Virus record (IMG/VR): IMGVR_UViG_3300030406_003741
Location: 1 to 32,888 of that record
DNA length: 32,888 bases
Source: a virus
Lineage: Duplodnaviria; Caudoviricetes
Reading direction: 5' to 3' (one strand)
Made by a program: the position numbers and the translations under genes. Below the pieces are notes generated by a model. The model was given only the letters and a program-made list of their open reading frames with translations, was not told the DNA's origin and did not search any database. Numbering within the stretch: the stretch's first letter is position 1; each line of letters starts with the position of its first letter. Below are positions 1 through 10,160 of this stretch, piece by piece.

Positions 1-3000
1 CAACTTAGCGATTCTGCCGAGATAAACAGAAGGCGTTTAGATGGTTTCAGGGCATTAGATACAGGGTTGACTCGGGACAATATGGGTCGCCCAGTCGATG
101 ATGTACTTCAAGAGCTACGCAGATTGGACGAGGAGTTGGTTGATAAGTTCACAGAGGACTTAGCAGCCCCTGCTCTTGTAGACGATGTCCGATTTGGAGC
201 ACCAGATCTTCAACCAAGTTTCGCAGGCGTTCGACAACGTCAAGTTGACGATCTCCCAGAAATAACGAAAACCAAATATCGTCCCGATTCGTCAGCAGAA
301 GCGCTCGATAGAAATGCCAGAAACGCCGCACGCCAGGACTATGTTTTAGGTGATCAGGCAACAAACGCCAAGTTTACTCCTGGCTTTAGAGATGAGGCTG
401 GGGAAACGATTACAGGCGAGTTTGTTCCGGGTGAGGGCTTTAGGGAGTTTGATGCCGGTACTTTCGAGTTTAGCCGAACGTCTGTCGCAAAGGGAGATGA
501 TTGGCTCAACAGCTATGTTGAAGAGTATGTCAGTTTAGTCCGTGGGTATGACGCTAAAAGAGCCGAGTTGACTGAGGCTGAGTTCAACGTAGGTGAGCGC
601 GTCACTTATGTTGACCGGCGCGTGGTTGACGGAGAAGTCTCTGAAACCGTTGTTGACGGCGTTGTTGCCAACGTATTCCTGCCTGGTTCTTCTAAGTTTG
701 ATGAGGGGTTTCGATACCGCATCAGGACCATTGTTGAGGCTGGACGGTATCCGCAGACCTTTATGGTTACCGATGCCGACATACCCAGGATTGCTGAGCG
801 CGTTGCGCCACCAGTAACCACAACAGGACGTGAACTCTACGGTCCTCCGGCTCCCCTTCCAGAGCGGACAATAGCGCCACCGACCTCATCTGCGGAGTTC
901 AAGTCCTGGTTCAAGGAATCCGAAGTTGTCGATGATCAGGGTCAACCCCTCAAGGTTTTCCACGGTAGCCCGTTCAGCTTTGAAGAGTTTCAGCCGGGGA
1001 ATCCAGGCGCATTCTTTGGATCTGCCGTTTATTTCACTGACGATGTCTATGATTTAGCGGAGCACTATGCGTTCTCTTCACTCGATCCACAGTTTCAAAG
1101 AAAAGGAACTGCTTGGTTCAAGGCGTTCAACGAGTATCAAGACAACATTAGGTTTGAGTTCAACAAGTATCCAGACAGTGATGTACTAAGAGCCGCGCAA
1201 GACTTTATAGAGTCCCCAGACTTTGCTCGTTCTAAGTTGAGCACGAAGTACAAAGGTGATCTCCAACAAGCTCTTGAAAATCAAGACGCAGATTATGTTA
1301 GAGAAGCGTTTCAAGAAATTCTGACCGATTTTATTGCGAGAAATGATTTCGAGACAGATGGTGCAATGCAGGCTTACCCCGTGTACCTAAGCATGCAGAA
1401 CCCCTTGATTCTGGATGAGTACGGTCCTCTGAAGAGTCGTGGTGATTCATTCAAGTGGGATGCTGATGGGTCTGGAGAGTCGTTGTTAGATGCAGTGGAT
1501 ACTGTGGCAGCACGTCTCTCTGCTGAGGGTGTGATTGTCGATCAAGTTGATCGCATGAAACAGTTGATTCTGGACTCCAGAACTACCAAAGGTGGTGTCA
1601 GTCAGATTGCTGCTCATGACGCCTGGGACCGAATGGTAGACGACAGATTCCAAAGTTGGAGTACTACCGGAACGAGATTCCAAAATGAGTTTGCTCGACA
1701 AGTGATTGAGGAGTTGGGATACGACGGCATTATTGCCAACGCCCATCGTTTCTTTGCAGACCGATACAATCCTCAAACTCGAACCCTAACAAGGGGCCAG
1801 CGTCTTCCTCTCAACACTACTCACTACATGGTGTTTGAGCCTACACAAGCGAAGAGCGTAAACAATCGTGGCACCTTTGCGCCCAACGATGCACGCATGC
1901 TTTACGGGCCTCCTGCTCCCACGCGACCACCACCGCTGTCTGCGACTGATCGCCAGGTGTTGAATACACGACGTGTGGTTGGTCCCCGTCGATTCGCAGA
2001 ACAACTTCTCGACGGGATGGACACTACCCAGGAAGCTGTTGGAGGAAAACCTCACGAAATTATTGATGATTTTGTCATGCAAGGCCTCAAGTCTCAAGCA
2101 TCTGTGTCAGAGCTTACTGCGAATCAGGTGTTCAAGATTCGAGAGTCTTTGGGTCAGGCTTCCGAGTTGGCAGATGTAAGAAGCACCATCAACGTCCAGG
2201 CACGAATCGATGGGTTGGACGAACCAGTCGAGATGTCTATAGAGGTCGTGCCTGTAACTAAGGAACTCAAGCCTGCTTTGGTTCCAGGTGGATTGGACGG
2301 TGGATTCTCCTTCCATGACCTGACGTATCTTTCCATGCGTCCTATCGAGTTGAACTATGCGCGACTGCCAGAACCAGACTTGCCCCGAGTAGAGGTGACT
2401 GTTGATGGGGTTACTGGCGTTGTTCGTTGGGATGACATTACCAACTCGCAAGAAGTAATCGCTGCATACATAAAAGAATACAATAACTTAGTAAATAAAC
2501 TTTACGAAAAGAAGCAGAGAAGCACTGACGTTTCCACCTTCAGACCTAATCGTGCCGATTACCTTGATGATGGTGTTCCCCGCGATCCCATGAAGTTCCA
2601 AGAGTATCAGCGGGCCATGGATCTTTACCTGACCAACATTGCCTCTCGCGCGATGCACAACCTGCTCGACCCGACATCGAGAGTTTTTGAGAACCAAGTG
2701 TTCACGTCAGTAACTCAGCCTCACAGCCTGAAAGATTTGCATGAGATTGCAGATAGATACCTGACCTCGTTGATGCACAAGGGAACTGCTCTCACGAGAA
2801 ACGAAATCGCGTACCTGCTCAGATTCTATGCACAGGCTTCCGAGAAGATGAAGAACCCATTCAGAGGTTCTCTTGTCAGCCTGGACGTTGCCCCAGAGCT
2901 TTTGGATACAGTCACCGTGCGTGACTACCAGACTGCCAATGGGCCTCTCGTAGATGTTGACACCATCGACATTTCGCAGATTACCGCAGAGCGAATCCTA

Positions 3001-6000
3001 AACACGAGAACATGGTTGAAACTGCGTGAGTCTGAACTTTTAGACATGTTGGAGAGTGTTGCCGATTCCAACCTGCGTAGTCAGATTCTTGATGACTTGG
3101 AAATCATTCGAACTGAAAAGGTCCGCATCGATTCTTTAGCAGCAAGTCCGTCTTCTATTGCTCTGGCGCAACATTTGTCAGAATCGTCTGACACTGTTGG
3201 ACGTACAGCAGACAACTCAATCATGAGAACACTGGTTCTGATGACCTCAGATTTTGATGATGTGCTCAAAGGTCGCAAGGAGTTCTCTTGGTTTGAGCAG
3301 CATCCCGATGAATCTTGGCTGACTTATTCTGACCGGTTTGTTGCCCTTACCAGAGGTCTTGCTCCAGACGCTCCAGTAATCACTGGATCGAGGATTGATG
3401 AGTTCTACGGTGTCGGTAAACCAGGCCATGAGGACGCCCTCCAATGGTACTTTGAGTGGAAGAGCGTCAACGCAAAACCAGACTACAATCGCATTGTTTT
3501 CGATGTGATGAGCACTGCTGAGTACAGAGATCTAAAGAACCGTTTGGATCGCGGGTTTACTAGCCAAGCAGATTTTGACGATGCATTCAAAGCCAGCGTG
3601 ACCCAAAGACGGTCAGATCTGTTCAAGCAGAGAGCCGACAAAGACTTTGATTATTGGATGTCGAATCCTGAAACTCGGCCTCTTCTTATCGAACGAGCCA
3701 ACAGCTTTGCTACTCGACCACAAATTGTAGACCTGTTCCCACCCGAAGTAACTGAGGTCTTGGGCAATGTTCAGAGGATTGACTCCGAGCTTGTTCAAAC
3801 CCAGATCAACAAATACCCGGAGTATCAGCAAAGACCGGGTAAGTTGGCCGCTCTTCAAGAAACACTGGATGCCCATCGGACTATTGAGGGATGGCTAGAG
3901 AGGTTTGGGCGACAAGACTCAATGATGAGGGTTCTCATTACCAGCATCGAAAGTGGTCGCATCTCAACTCTCAACAGGCTTGATTCAAACTATCGAGCAC
4001 TGGTTGGTGAGCTACCTAATGACGCTTACAAGACCTCTATGGCCACTACAGAGAGGCTCAACGACTTGACCGAAGGTCAGTTCGCGTCGGATGCCTTTAG
4101 CCATCCTGGTGCCTCTTTGCTTCCCAACATGAGATTGATTGCATTTGATGCAGCCGTTGATGCAATGATGGAAATCAACCCGATGCTGCGTCAATCCCAG
4201 GCCCGTGATTTGTTGAGAGGCAAGGGAAGAACGGCATCGGATTCTCTTAGCTCCGCATCTCGTGGTGTCATCCAAATCGCGCTTTCCGAAGCCCTGGATG
4301 TTGCAGGGCCTGGTCGGACTGGTCGGGCTTCAAAGGCAAGGGGTCGTGAGCTATACGGCCCGCCTGCTGCGCCCTGGAAACCAATGCGGGACTTTACCCC
4401 TGAGGACTTTCAGGCGGCTGCAGAGCACACGAAATCATTCTTTGAGACGGGAGATGTTCGTCATCTATTTGCTGAAAGCGGAAAGGCTCTCGCAGCACTA
4501 ATGATGGATGAGTTTGATGACGTTGCAGACTTTATGTACAAGAACTTCGACAGTGAGGTCTTGCCTGATGGCACGAGGCGACTCACAACTGAAGGCTGGA
4601 ATGAGCTTGGCGCGTCTTTCTCGTACTACTTTGCTACTAAGCACGCCGAAAATGGCGCGACACACAACTTCTTCAGGAAGATTCAGACTGCAATCGCCAA
4701 CTTTTATCGAATGATTCGAGGCGATAATGTTTACGACATGTCGCCACAGGCCGTGCGATTCTTCGACGAACAACTCCGAATCAATGTAGAGGTCAGGGAA
4801 AAAGTCAAGGTAGACATTCTTGAGGATCCAGAACTCAAGAACTTCTATACTGTGGATCGATCAAGTCCCAGGGGCCTCAAAGAAGAGGTCGCCAGTGCTG
4901 GTAGGAGGCGAGAGGCTGCGCGTATTGAACAGAGAAGAAAACGAGTTCTTCGCGCCCTTGAGATGTCAGATGAAACCACACAGGTAGATGCGATTGATGT
5001 CACTGGTCGTGCAGTAAGGCATGTCTTTACTGAAGCTGCTCGTAAGAAATACGGCGAGAAGACTGTCCGTCTTACTACGAACACCATTGTTCCAGTAGTT
5101 CGAGCAGAAGCTATTCGTGAGCAGGTTGCTCACACTCTCATGTCTGTGTTCGGCAATCCTGAGAGATTGGCTAAATCTGTAAAAACGGTCAACTTGGAGC
5201 GACGGCTGACATCAGATGTTGGATCTTGGCTCAGAGATCCTGAAACGGGACAGTTCCGAACTGAGACTGTGTTTGATCAGGATACCGGAAAGCCGGTAAA
5301 GATTCGTGTCTACGATTTAGACAGGGCTCAACAAGTTCGTCTGGAAGTCTTAGTCCAAGAACTTGGGGCTCATCCTGTTGCACGAGAAAATGTCCCTAAA
5401 TGGATGTACGAGGCAGACGCAGATCTTTCAAGAATCTCTAACGACGATTACCTCAAGATTCATGAGGCCATAACGGACATGACCGCTGGTATCGGTACAG
5501 GTCGCAGCCGACTTGCTGAGGGTGTCTCACCGAGCGTTGTGAAAAGAACTTGGTCTACGATTGTAGATGCAGGAGAAAACATTCCGTACCTCGGTTCTAT
5601 GATCTCTGGATTTCGTCAACGATTCAAAGTGTTTGAGCCATTTGAAGTTGCTGGAATCTTAGAGGGCGACAGTTCTAAGCGATACTGGAGCCGAACTGGG
5701 TATGTCACCCCGGAGATTGCCGAACTCAAAAAACAACTCGATCAAGAAATCAACGACATTCCAAACTTCTTGTTGCGGGTTCAGCTTAGGTTCCAGAAAG
5801 AAGGGTCCAAAGGCAGCGTTCTTGAGGTCATTCAAGGGTTGACAAGAATGTTGACTCCCCCGCTGGATGTTCGACAAGCGGATCAAGTTTGGAGAATGAA
5901 AAACAGCTTCAATAGACTTGGCCGCAAACCAATCACCGTAGATGACCTTAATGCCAGATTGGATTCGATTACCGGATTGTTTGCATCTAGCGGACGAATG

Positions 6001-8871
6001 ACTGATGGAGAGCGAGGGGCCATCATCGCTTTGCGCGATTTGATTGATGACGCTGTCCAACGTGACGTAATTGATTTGTCTAAAGAGCAAGTCAAGGCCA
6101 TGAGCGATTCGCTGGCAATCATCGAACGGGGCCTCAGTGATCGGTACAATCTTTTCAATGATCGAGTGGTCGATATTGTTGAGTGCATTTCTGGTAGCGC
6201 AGCACAAGCTAAAGCAGCCTTGTCTACGATGGACGACATTACAAAGTCACAGCTTTATCGTGCGTTTTACAGCAATGATTGGCCCACGTTGTTCGAGTGG
6301 GCGTCTAATCATGGTCTAACGATTGGAACTCGACCCGATGTAATGCCAGCATACGATGCACGTCAGGCAGCAATCCAACTGATTGTTAGAATGCGAGCCC
6401 GAGAAATCCAAGCAAAGTTTATTGATAGGTTAGTGGAAGTTGGGATTACAGCGAGGACTGAGGATCTTGCGGCTAAGTATGCCAATGGCAAAGACGCTAC
6501 TCGTTTTATGGAGCGAGTCAAACACTACATCAACTTAGAGATGCGTCCATCTGGTGCGGCGATTATCAAAAACGCTGAAGGTGAAATCATTCAGGCACCG
6601 GCAGGCTTTAGGTCAGGACGAAAGGGTGACATCGGAGACATCGTTACTCCATCGGAACCCTCGGCTGTTGTTGACGGCAAACCGATCTATCCGAGTCAAG
6701 ACTGGGACGATGCTACGAGAAGAATTCAGTACGTTCAGGAAACCTCGGAGGGCCCAAAAGCGACATACACGATTCATGACATGGCTGCTTATACAGCCGC
6801 TCATGAGATCCTTAATGCATGGGGCTTCAAGTTTGGTGCTGCTACGGAAGATTGGATTGACTTTGTAGCCCCAGATGGTTCGAGGACTCTCGTCCCACCG
6901 ATGGTTGTTGATGAACTGAACGCAGCAATTGATCGGGTCAGCGGCCAAGGGTCTTTCGGAAAGAGCGCTACAGGTAAAATCAAAGAGAAACTGGAGAAAG
7001 GACGCCCTCGAACCGAGGATGTTGGTAGGGAGTTTTTGTTTGGAGAAGAAGCGCTCGATCCAGAACTCGCTATGGAACCAGGGGTAGCAGCTAAAGTACT
7101 TATTGCCGACACTCTGGATTACACGCTGCGCCTCTACGGGTTTAGCTACTCTTTGCTCCGACAGGGTGTGACTACTGGTATTGGCCAGCCAAACATCCAC
7201 TACTACCAAGGTATTACCATAGGAGCTTTGTTCCAGATCTATCAGAAATCTGGACTGGGCCTCAAGGTAGGAAGAGATGGTTTACGACCTACCGTGTCGA
7301 TTGAAGGCGGCGTGTTGGGCGCTCTCACTCATCCTAAGATGGCTGGAGTTTTAGCAGCAAGACTGTACGGAGACACTCCTGATCTTCGAACTCGTGTGAG
7401 TGACTTGCCGTTCATTACAAAAGACGGAAGGATCTTTTTTACTGAGCAGCTTTTAGAAGCAATGAGAATGTACAGGTTGAACACCTCATTTGTGAAAAGC
7501 GGAAACGCTCAACACATGCTCCGTGATTTACAGAAGAACGAAAACGGTTGGGCACAAATTGTTGGTAGATCTCCAGCGCGAGCACAGGCGTTACTCATCG
7601 AATCAGCTACTGCGATTGACAACTACTTCCGAGCAGGCGTTTTTCTCGATGAGATGTACAACGGTAAGTCCATGGCTGAGGCGGCGAAAACAGCTACCGA
7701 CGCTATGTATGACTATTCCAAGCTGACAGATTTCGAGAAGCAGGTGCTGAGAAGAGCTTTCATGTTCTACTCATACACTCGCAACAACTTGAATCTGTTC
7801 TACGATACCCTCGTTACCAATCCTCACCGGATCATGGGTCAGATTCGATTGATGCGTGGCCTTCGAGAGCAGAACACTGAGGGCAGTAATGTCCTTATTG
7901 AGGATGACTACACCTCCCAAAGGCTCAGTGTTTTCTTCAGGCAAGCTTACGCAAATCAACAGATTTACCAAGGAGTAAGATTCTTAGCCGCCCCACTCCC
8001 AATCATGGATGCAATCAACCTACACAGAGAGGTGGGTGCCTTTATCAATGCTGGATTTAATCTTTCGGCCTCAGACGAAGCAAGGGAGGCTGGTCTCAAG
8101 TTCTTGGCACGCTTGAACCCATTACTCCAGCAACCGCTCGTGTTTGCGTTTGATGAGGAGATTTTTAGAAGTCGTTCACTCGCTGGTGATGTCGTCCCTA
8201 CGAGCATCGTAGAACTCGACATCAATATGACAGGTGGCACGTTTGTCATGGGCTTCTTGGATTGCGTGCCTGTCCCAATCACCAAGACCCTGAAGAAAGA
8301 ATATCCAACTCAAGAGTTTGTTTGGGTGGCACGGAACAAACAGAACTACTGGCTGTGGAAAAATGCTCTACAGATTCCATTCCCAGTGCTTGACCTTGGC
8401 GTAGATGATCCTGGGTTGCTTGACTACACAGTACCTGGGATTCTGTTCAATGCTGCTCGACAGCTTCCAAAGGCAATCAAAGAGGGCAGACTTGGTGTTT
8501 TGCCTGGAGGTCGAAGCATAGACAGTTTTGTGCAGTTCGACAGGGCAAATGTTGGTTACGTTGAAACTGTCATGTATCTAGCGAACAAGCAACGACAGTA
8601 TCGTCAACATCATGGATATATTGAAGATGACTTGTTTGACCCCGAAACCACACGAGACAAACCTCTGGTTGACAGGCTTGCAGACCCTGAACGCTTTGGC
8701 TACGGAATCGAACCAAGAGTAGAACTGGGTCCGATGGGCGAACTGATGTCGGTCTTCTTTAGAGCCAAGTTAGTGCCTACCGTTGCACAAAGAGAACAAG
8801 AGTTGAGAGAACAAATGTTAAGAGAAGAAAGAAAGAGGGCTGAAGAAATTGAGGGGCCCTACGAACGATAG
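1..8871 (+). CDS. Giant polyvalent / internal virion (DNA ejection-type) protein, 5' truncated, >2950 aa, with ART-PolyVal-like domain
   Basis: Frame 1 is open from base 1 (no stop before TTG 67), so the true start is outside the window. ART-like motifs: FKSWF..VVD..GQPLKVFHGS, VYFT, YPVYLSMQNPL, GYDGII, VFEPTQAKS..NRGTF. The C-terminal AMYDYSKLTDFEK..RRAFMFYSY segment is typical of large phage ejection/polyvalent proteins. Confidence 0.8.
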   Translation, partial: QLSDSAEINRRRLDGFRALDTGLTRDNMGRPVDDVLQELRRLDEELVDKFTEDLAAPALVDDVRFGAPDLQPSFAGVRQRQVDDLPEITKTKYRPDSSAEALDRNARNAARQDYVLGDQATNAKFTPGFRDEAGETITGEFVPGEGFREFDAGTFEFSRTSVAKGDDWLNSYVEEYVSLVRGYDAKRAELTEAEFNVGERVTYVDRRVVDGEVSETVVDGVVANVFLPGSSKFDEGFRYRIRTIVEAGRYPQTFMVTDADIPRIAERVAPPVTTTGRELYGPPAPLPERTIAPPTSSAEFKSWFKESEVVDDQGQPLKVFHGSPFSFEEFQPGNPGAFFGSAVYFTDDVYDLAEHYAFSSLDPQFQRKGTAWFKAFNEYQDNIRFEFNKYPDSDVLRAAQDFIESPDFARSKLSTKYKGDLQQALENQDADYVREAFQEILTDFIARNDFETDGAMQAYPVYLSMQNPLILDEYGPLKSRGDSFKWDADGSGESLLDAVDTVAARLSAEGVIVDQVDRMKQLILDSRTTKGGVSQIAAHDAWDRMVDDRFQSWSTTGTRFQNEFARQVIEELGYDGIIANAHRFFADRYNPQTRTLTRGQRLPLNTTHYMVFEPTQAKSVNNRGTFAPNDARMLYGPPAPTRPPPLSATDRQVLNTRRVVGPRRFAEQLLDGMDTTQEAVGGKPHEIIDDFVMQGLKSQASVSELTANQVFKIRESLGQASELADVRSTINVQARIDGLDEPVEMSIEVVPVTKELKPALVPGGLDGGFSFHDLTYLSMRPIELNYARLPEPDLPRVEVTVDGVTGVVRWDDITNSQEVIAAYIKEYNNLVNKLYEKKQRSTDVSTFRPNRADYLDDGVPRDPMKFQEYQRAMDLYLTNIASRAMHNLLDPTSRVFENQVFTSVTQPHSLKDLHEIADRYLTSLMHKGTALTRNEIAYLLRFYAQASEKMKNPFRGSLVSLDVAPELLDTVTVRDYQTANGPLVDVDTIDISQITAERILNTRTWLKLRESELLDMLESVADSNLRSQILDDLEIIRTEKVRIDSLAASPSSIALAQHLSESSDTVGRTADNSIMRTLVLMTSDFDDVLKGRKEFSWFEQHPDESWLTYSDRFVALTRGLAPDAPVITGSRIDEFYGVGKPGHEDALQWYFEWKSVNAKPDYNRIVFDVMSTAEYRDLKNRLDRGFTSQADFDDAFKASVTQRRSDLFKQRADKDFDYWMSNPETRPLLIERANSFATRPQIVDLFPPEVTEVLGNVQRIDSELVQTQINKYPEYQQRPGKLAALQETLDAHRTIEGWLERFGRQDSMMRVLITSIESGRISTLNRLDSNYRALVGELPNDAYKTSMATTERLNDLTEGQFASDAFSHPGASLLPNMRLIAFDAAVDAMMEINPMLRQSQARDLLRGKGRTASDSLSSASRGVIQIALSEALDVAGPGRTGRASKARGRELYGPPAAPWKPMRDFTPEDFQAAAEHTKSFFETGDVRHLFAESGKALAALMMDEFDDVADFMYKNFDSEVLPDGTRRLTTEGWNELGASFSYYFATKHAENGATHNFFRKIQTAIANFYRMIRGDNVYDMSPQAVRFFDEQLRINVEVREKVKVDILEDPELKNFYTVDRSSPRGLKEEVASAGRRREAARIEQRRKRVLRALEMSDETTQVDAIDVTGRAVRHVFTEAARKKYGEKTVRLTTNTIVPVVRAEAIREQVAHTLMSVFGNPERLAKSVKTVNLERRLTSDVGSWLRDPETGQFRTETVFDQDTGKPVKIRVYDLDRAQQVRLEVLVQELGAHPVARENVPKWMYEADADLSRISNDDYLKIHEAITDMTAGIGTGRSRLAEGVSPSVVKRTWSTIVDAGENIPYLGSMISGFRQRFKVFEPFEVAGILEGDSSKRYWSRTGYVTPEIAELKKQLDQEINDIPNFLLRVQLRFQKEGSKGSVLEVIQGLTRMLTPPLDVRQADQVWRMKNSFNRLGRKPITVDDLNARLDSITGLFASSGRMTDGERGAIIALRDLIDDAVQRDVIDLSKEQVKAMSDSLAIIERGLSDRYNLFNDRVVDIVECISGSAAQAKAALSTMDDITKSQLYRAFYSNDWPTLFEWASNHGLTIGTRPDVMPAYDARQAAIQLIVRMRAREIQAKFIDRLVEVGITARTEDLAAKYANGKDATRFMERVKHYINLEMRPSGAAIIKNAEGEIIQAPAGFRSGRKGDIGDIVTPSEPSAVVDGKPIYPSQDWDDATRRIQYVQETSEGPKATYTIHDMAAYTAAHEILNAWGFKFGAATEDWIDFVAPDGSRTLVPPMVVDELNAAIDRVSGQGSFGKSATGKIKEKLEKGRPRTEDVGREFLFGEEALDPELAMEPGVAAKVLIADTLDYTLRLYGFSYSLLRQGVTTGIGQPNIHYYQGITIGALFQIYQKSGLGLKVGRDGLRPTVSIEGGVLGALTHPKMAGVLAARLYGDTPDLRTRVSDLPFITKDGRIFFTEQLLEAMRMYRLNTSFVKSGNAQHMLRDLQKNENGWAQIVGRSPARAQALLIESATAIDNYFRAGVFLDEMYNGKSMAEAAKTATDAMYDYSKLTDFEKQVLRRAFMFYSYTRNNLNLFYDTLVTNPHRIMGQIRLMRGLREQNTEGSNVLIEDDYTSQRLSVFFRQAYANQQIYQGVRFLAAPLPIMDAINLHREVGAFINAGFNLSASDEAREAGLKFLARLNPLLQQPLVFAFDEEIFRSRSLAGDVVPTSIVELDINMTGGTFVMGFLDCVPVPITKTLKKEYPTQEFVWVARNKQNYWLWKNALQIPFPVLDLGVDDPGLLDYTVPGILFNAARQLPKAIKEGRLGVLPGGRSIDSFVQFDRANVGYVETVMYLANKQRQYRQHHGYIEDDLFDPETTRDKPLVDRLADPERFGYGIEPRVELGPMGELMSVFFRAKLVPTVAQREQELREQMLREERKRAEEIEGPYER

Positions 8872-8944
8872 CGTTCCCGTATTGCGTTTATCGTGTTAGC
8901 ATTCATCAGATTTCCACCAAAACATTCTCGTAAGGAGAAAACAA

Positions 8945-9703
8945 ATGTCCCAAATCCCTGCCCTTATGGACGGCCTCCGTCTGCAACATGATGCCGTTAG
9001 CGACTATGGCTGGTACTCAACCGGCGTAGGAGGAAAGGCACAGATCTTTTCTGATTTTATCGGAAGCGGCGCTTTGCCTCTGGATACTGCTGGATCCGAC
9101 GCTTCTCCTGGTTTTGTAAATCATGACACGTCCTCCGCAGGCACTCCCGTGCTTTCTCATCAGACGATGGCGCACGGTGTCTACCGCATGAAGTTCAGCA
9201 ACACCGACGAGGCACAGAATTTAGCCCTCTACCTGGGAGATGAGTGCTGCATTCCTCCAACTGCAAAAGCAGTGTTTGAGACCCGTTTGGCTATTACGGG
9301 AAGCTTTAGCGCCGACGACCGAATCTGCATTGGTCTGGCTTCTGCTCGTAACGCTACGCTCGACAATGTTGCTGATCACGTTTGGTTCCGTATGGAAGGT
9401 GCCAACAACAACATCCTTATTGAGGGTGATGATGCCACCAACGATAATGACGACAACGACACTGGCGTTGATTGGACAAGCGGCGTCATGATGGTGCTTA
9501 AGATTGACATGTCTGATCTTACCAACGTGTTGTTTTACATCGATGGCGCTCTGGTAAAGCTTGCCAGCGGAGAAAAGATTGACGTTTCCAACATGGGTGG
9601 AGCCGATCTTTTGCAGCCCTTCATTGAGATTCAAAAGGATGCTGGAACTGTAGAACATCAAGTTGATGTCGATTACATTTCCGTACTCTGGGGTCGCGGC
9701 TGA
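8945..9703 (+). CDS. Putative virion structural protein, beta-sandwich/lectin-like, 252 aa
   Basis: Strong SD (AAGGAG). Acidic, Gly/Thr/Asp-rich beta-strand pattern ending VDVDYISV. Located in the late block. Confidence 0.6.
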   Translation: MSQIPALMDGLRLQHDAVSDYGWYSTGVGGKAQIFSDFIGSGALPLDTAGSDASPGFVNHDTSSAGTPVLSHQTMAHGVYRMKFSNTDEAQNLALYLGDECCIPPTAKAVFETRLAITGSFSADDRICIGLASARNATLDNVADHVWFRMEGANNNILIEGDDATNDNDDNDTGVDWTSGVMMVLKIDMSDLTNVLFYIDGALVKLASGEKIDVSNMGGADLLQPFIEIQKDAGTVEHQVDVDYISVLWGRG

Positions 9704-9726
9704 TCAACTTTACATAGGAGGCCGTG

Positions 9727-10158
9727 ATGGCTGATCAAGGCTTTATTGTAAACGATGCTGCTGTCAGTGCGATTGGGACAAGCTACGCTGTAGCAAAGGG
9801 AATCAAACTGCATGGAGATGTAGCTATCGATGCTAACTCCAGGCAGTTGCCGCAGGCTTGTTACCTTTCGCATCTAGAAGTTACTGTCGATACAGCATCC
9901 GGTTCTCCTACAAAGTTGAGCGCGTTCTTGACGTATGACTCTGCCGGTGACGATCCGCTCACCGGAGAGTCTGCGGACAATACGCTTCATGCTGGATTGA
10001 CCGACACAAGCATTCTAAACACTGCTATCGATTTGAATGTGTTCTTCAATGCACCTGCAACACAGACAACGGTTGGAGCGCTTTACCTGCATGTCAAAGT
10101 AGATGCTGGTACGGTCAACTGTACAAAAGCACGACTGCATTGGGCAGCAAGAGAGTAA
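9727..10158 (+). CDS. Putative minor virion protein, 143 aa
   Basis: AGGAGG SD. Ala/Thr/Asp-rich beta pattern. Confidence 0.6.
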   Translation: MADQGFIVNDAAVSAIGTSYAVAKGIKLHGDVAIDANSRQLPQACYLSHLEVTVDTASGSPTKLSAFLTYDSAGDDPLTGESADNTLHAGLTDTSILNTAIDLNVFFNAPATQTTVGALYLHVKVDAGTVNCTKARLHWAARE

Positions 10159-10160
10159 CG

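Noticed and set aside
67-69. TTG 67 as the start of the giant ORF
   Set aside because: The frame is open from base 1 and there is no SD; the gene begins upstream of the window.
149-8285. Many short antisense/alternate-frame ORFs inside the giant gene (e.g. 5659-6207, 6613-7209)
   Set aside because: Shadow ORFs with no SD or motifs, fully nested in a well-supported CDS.
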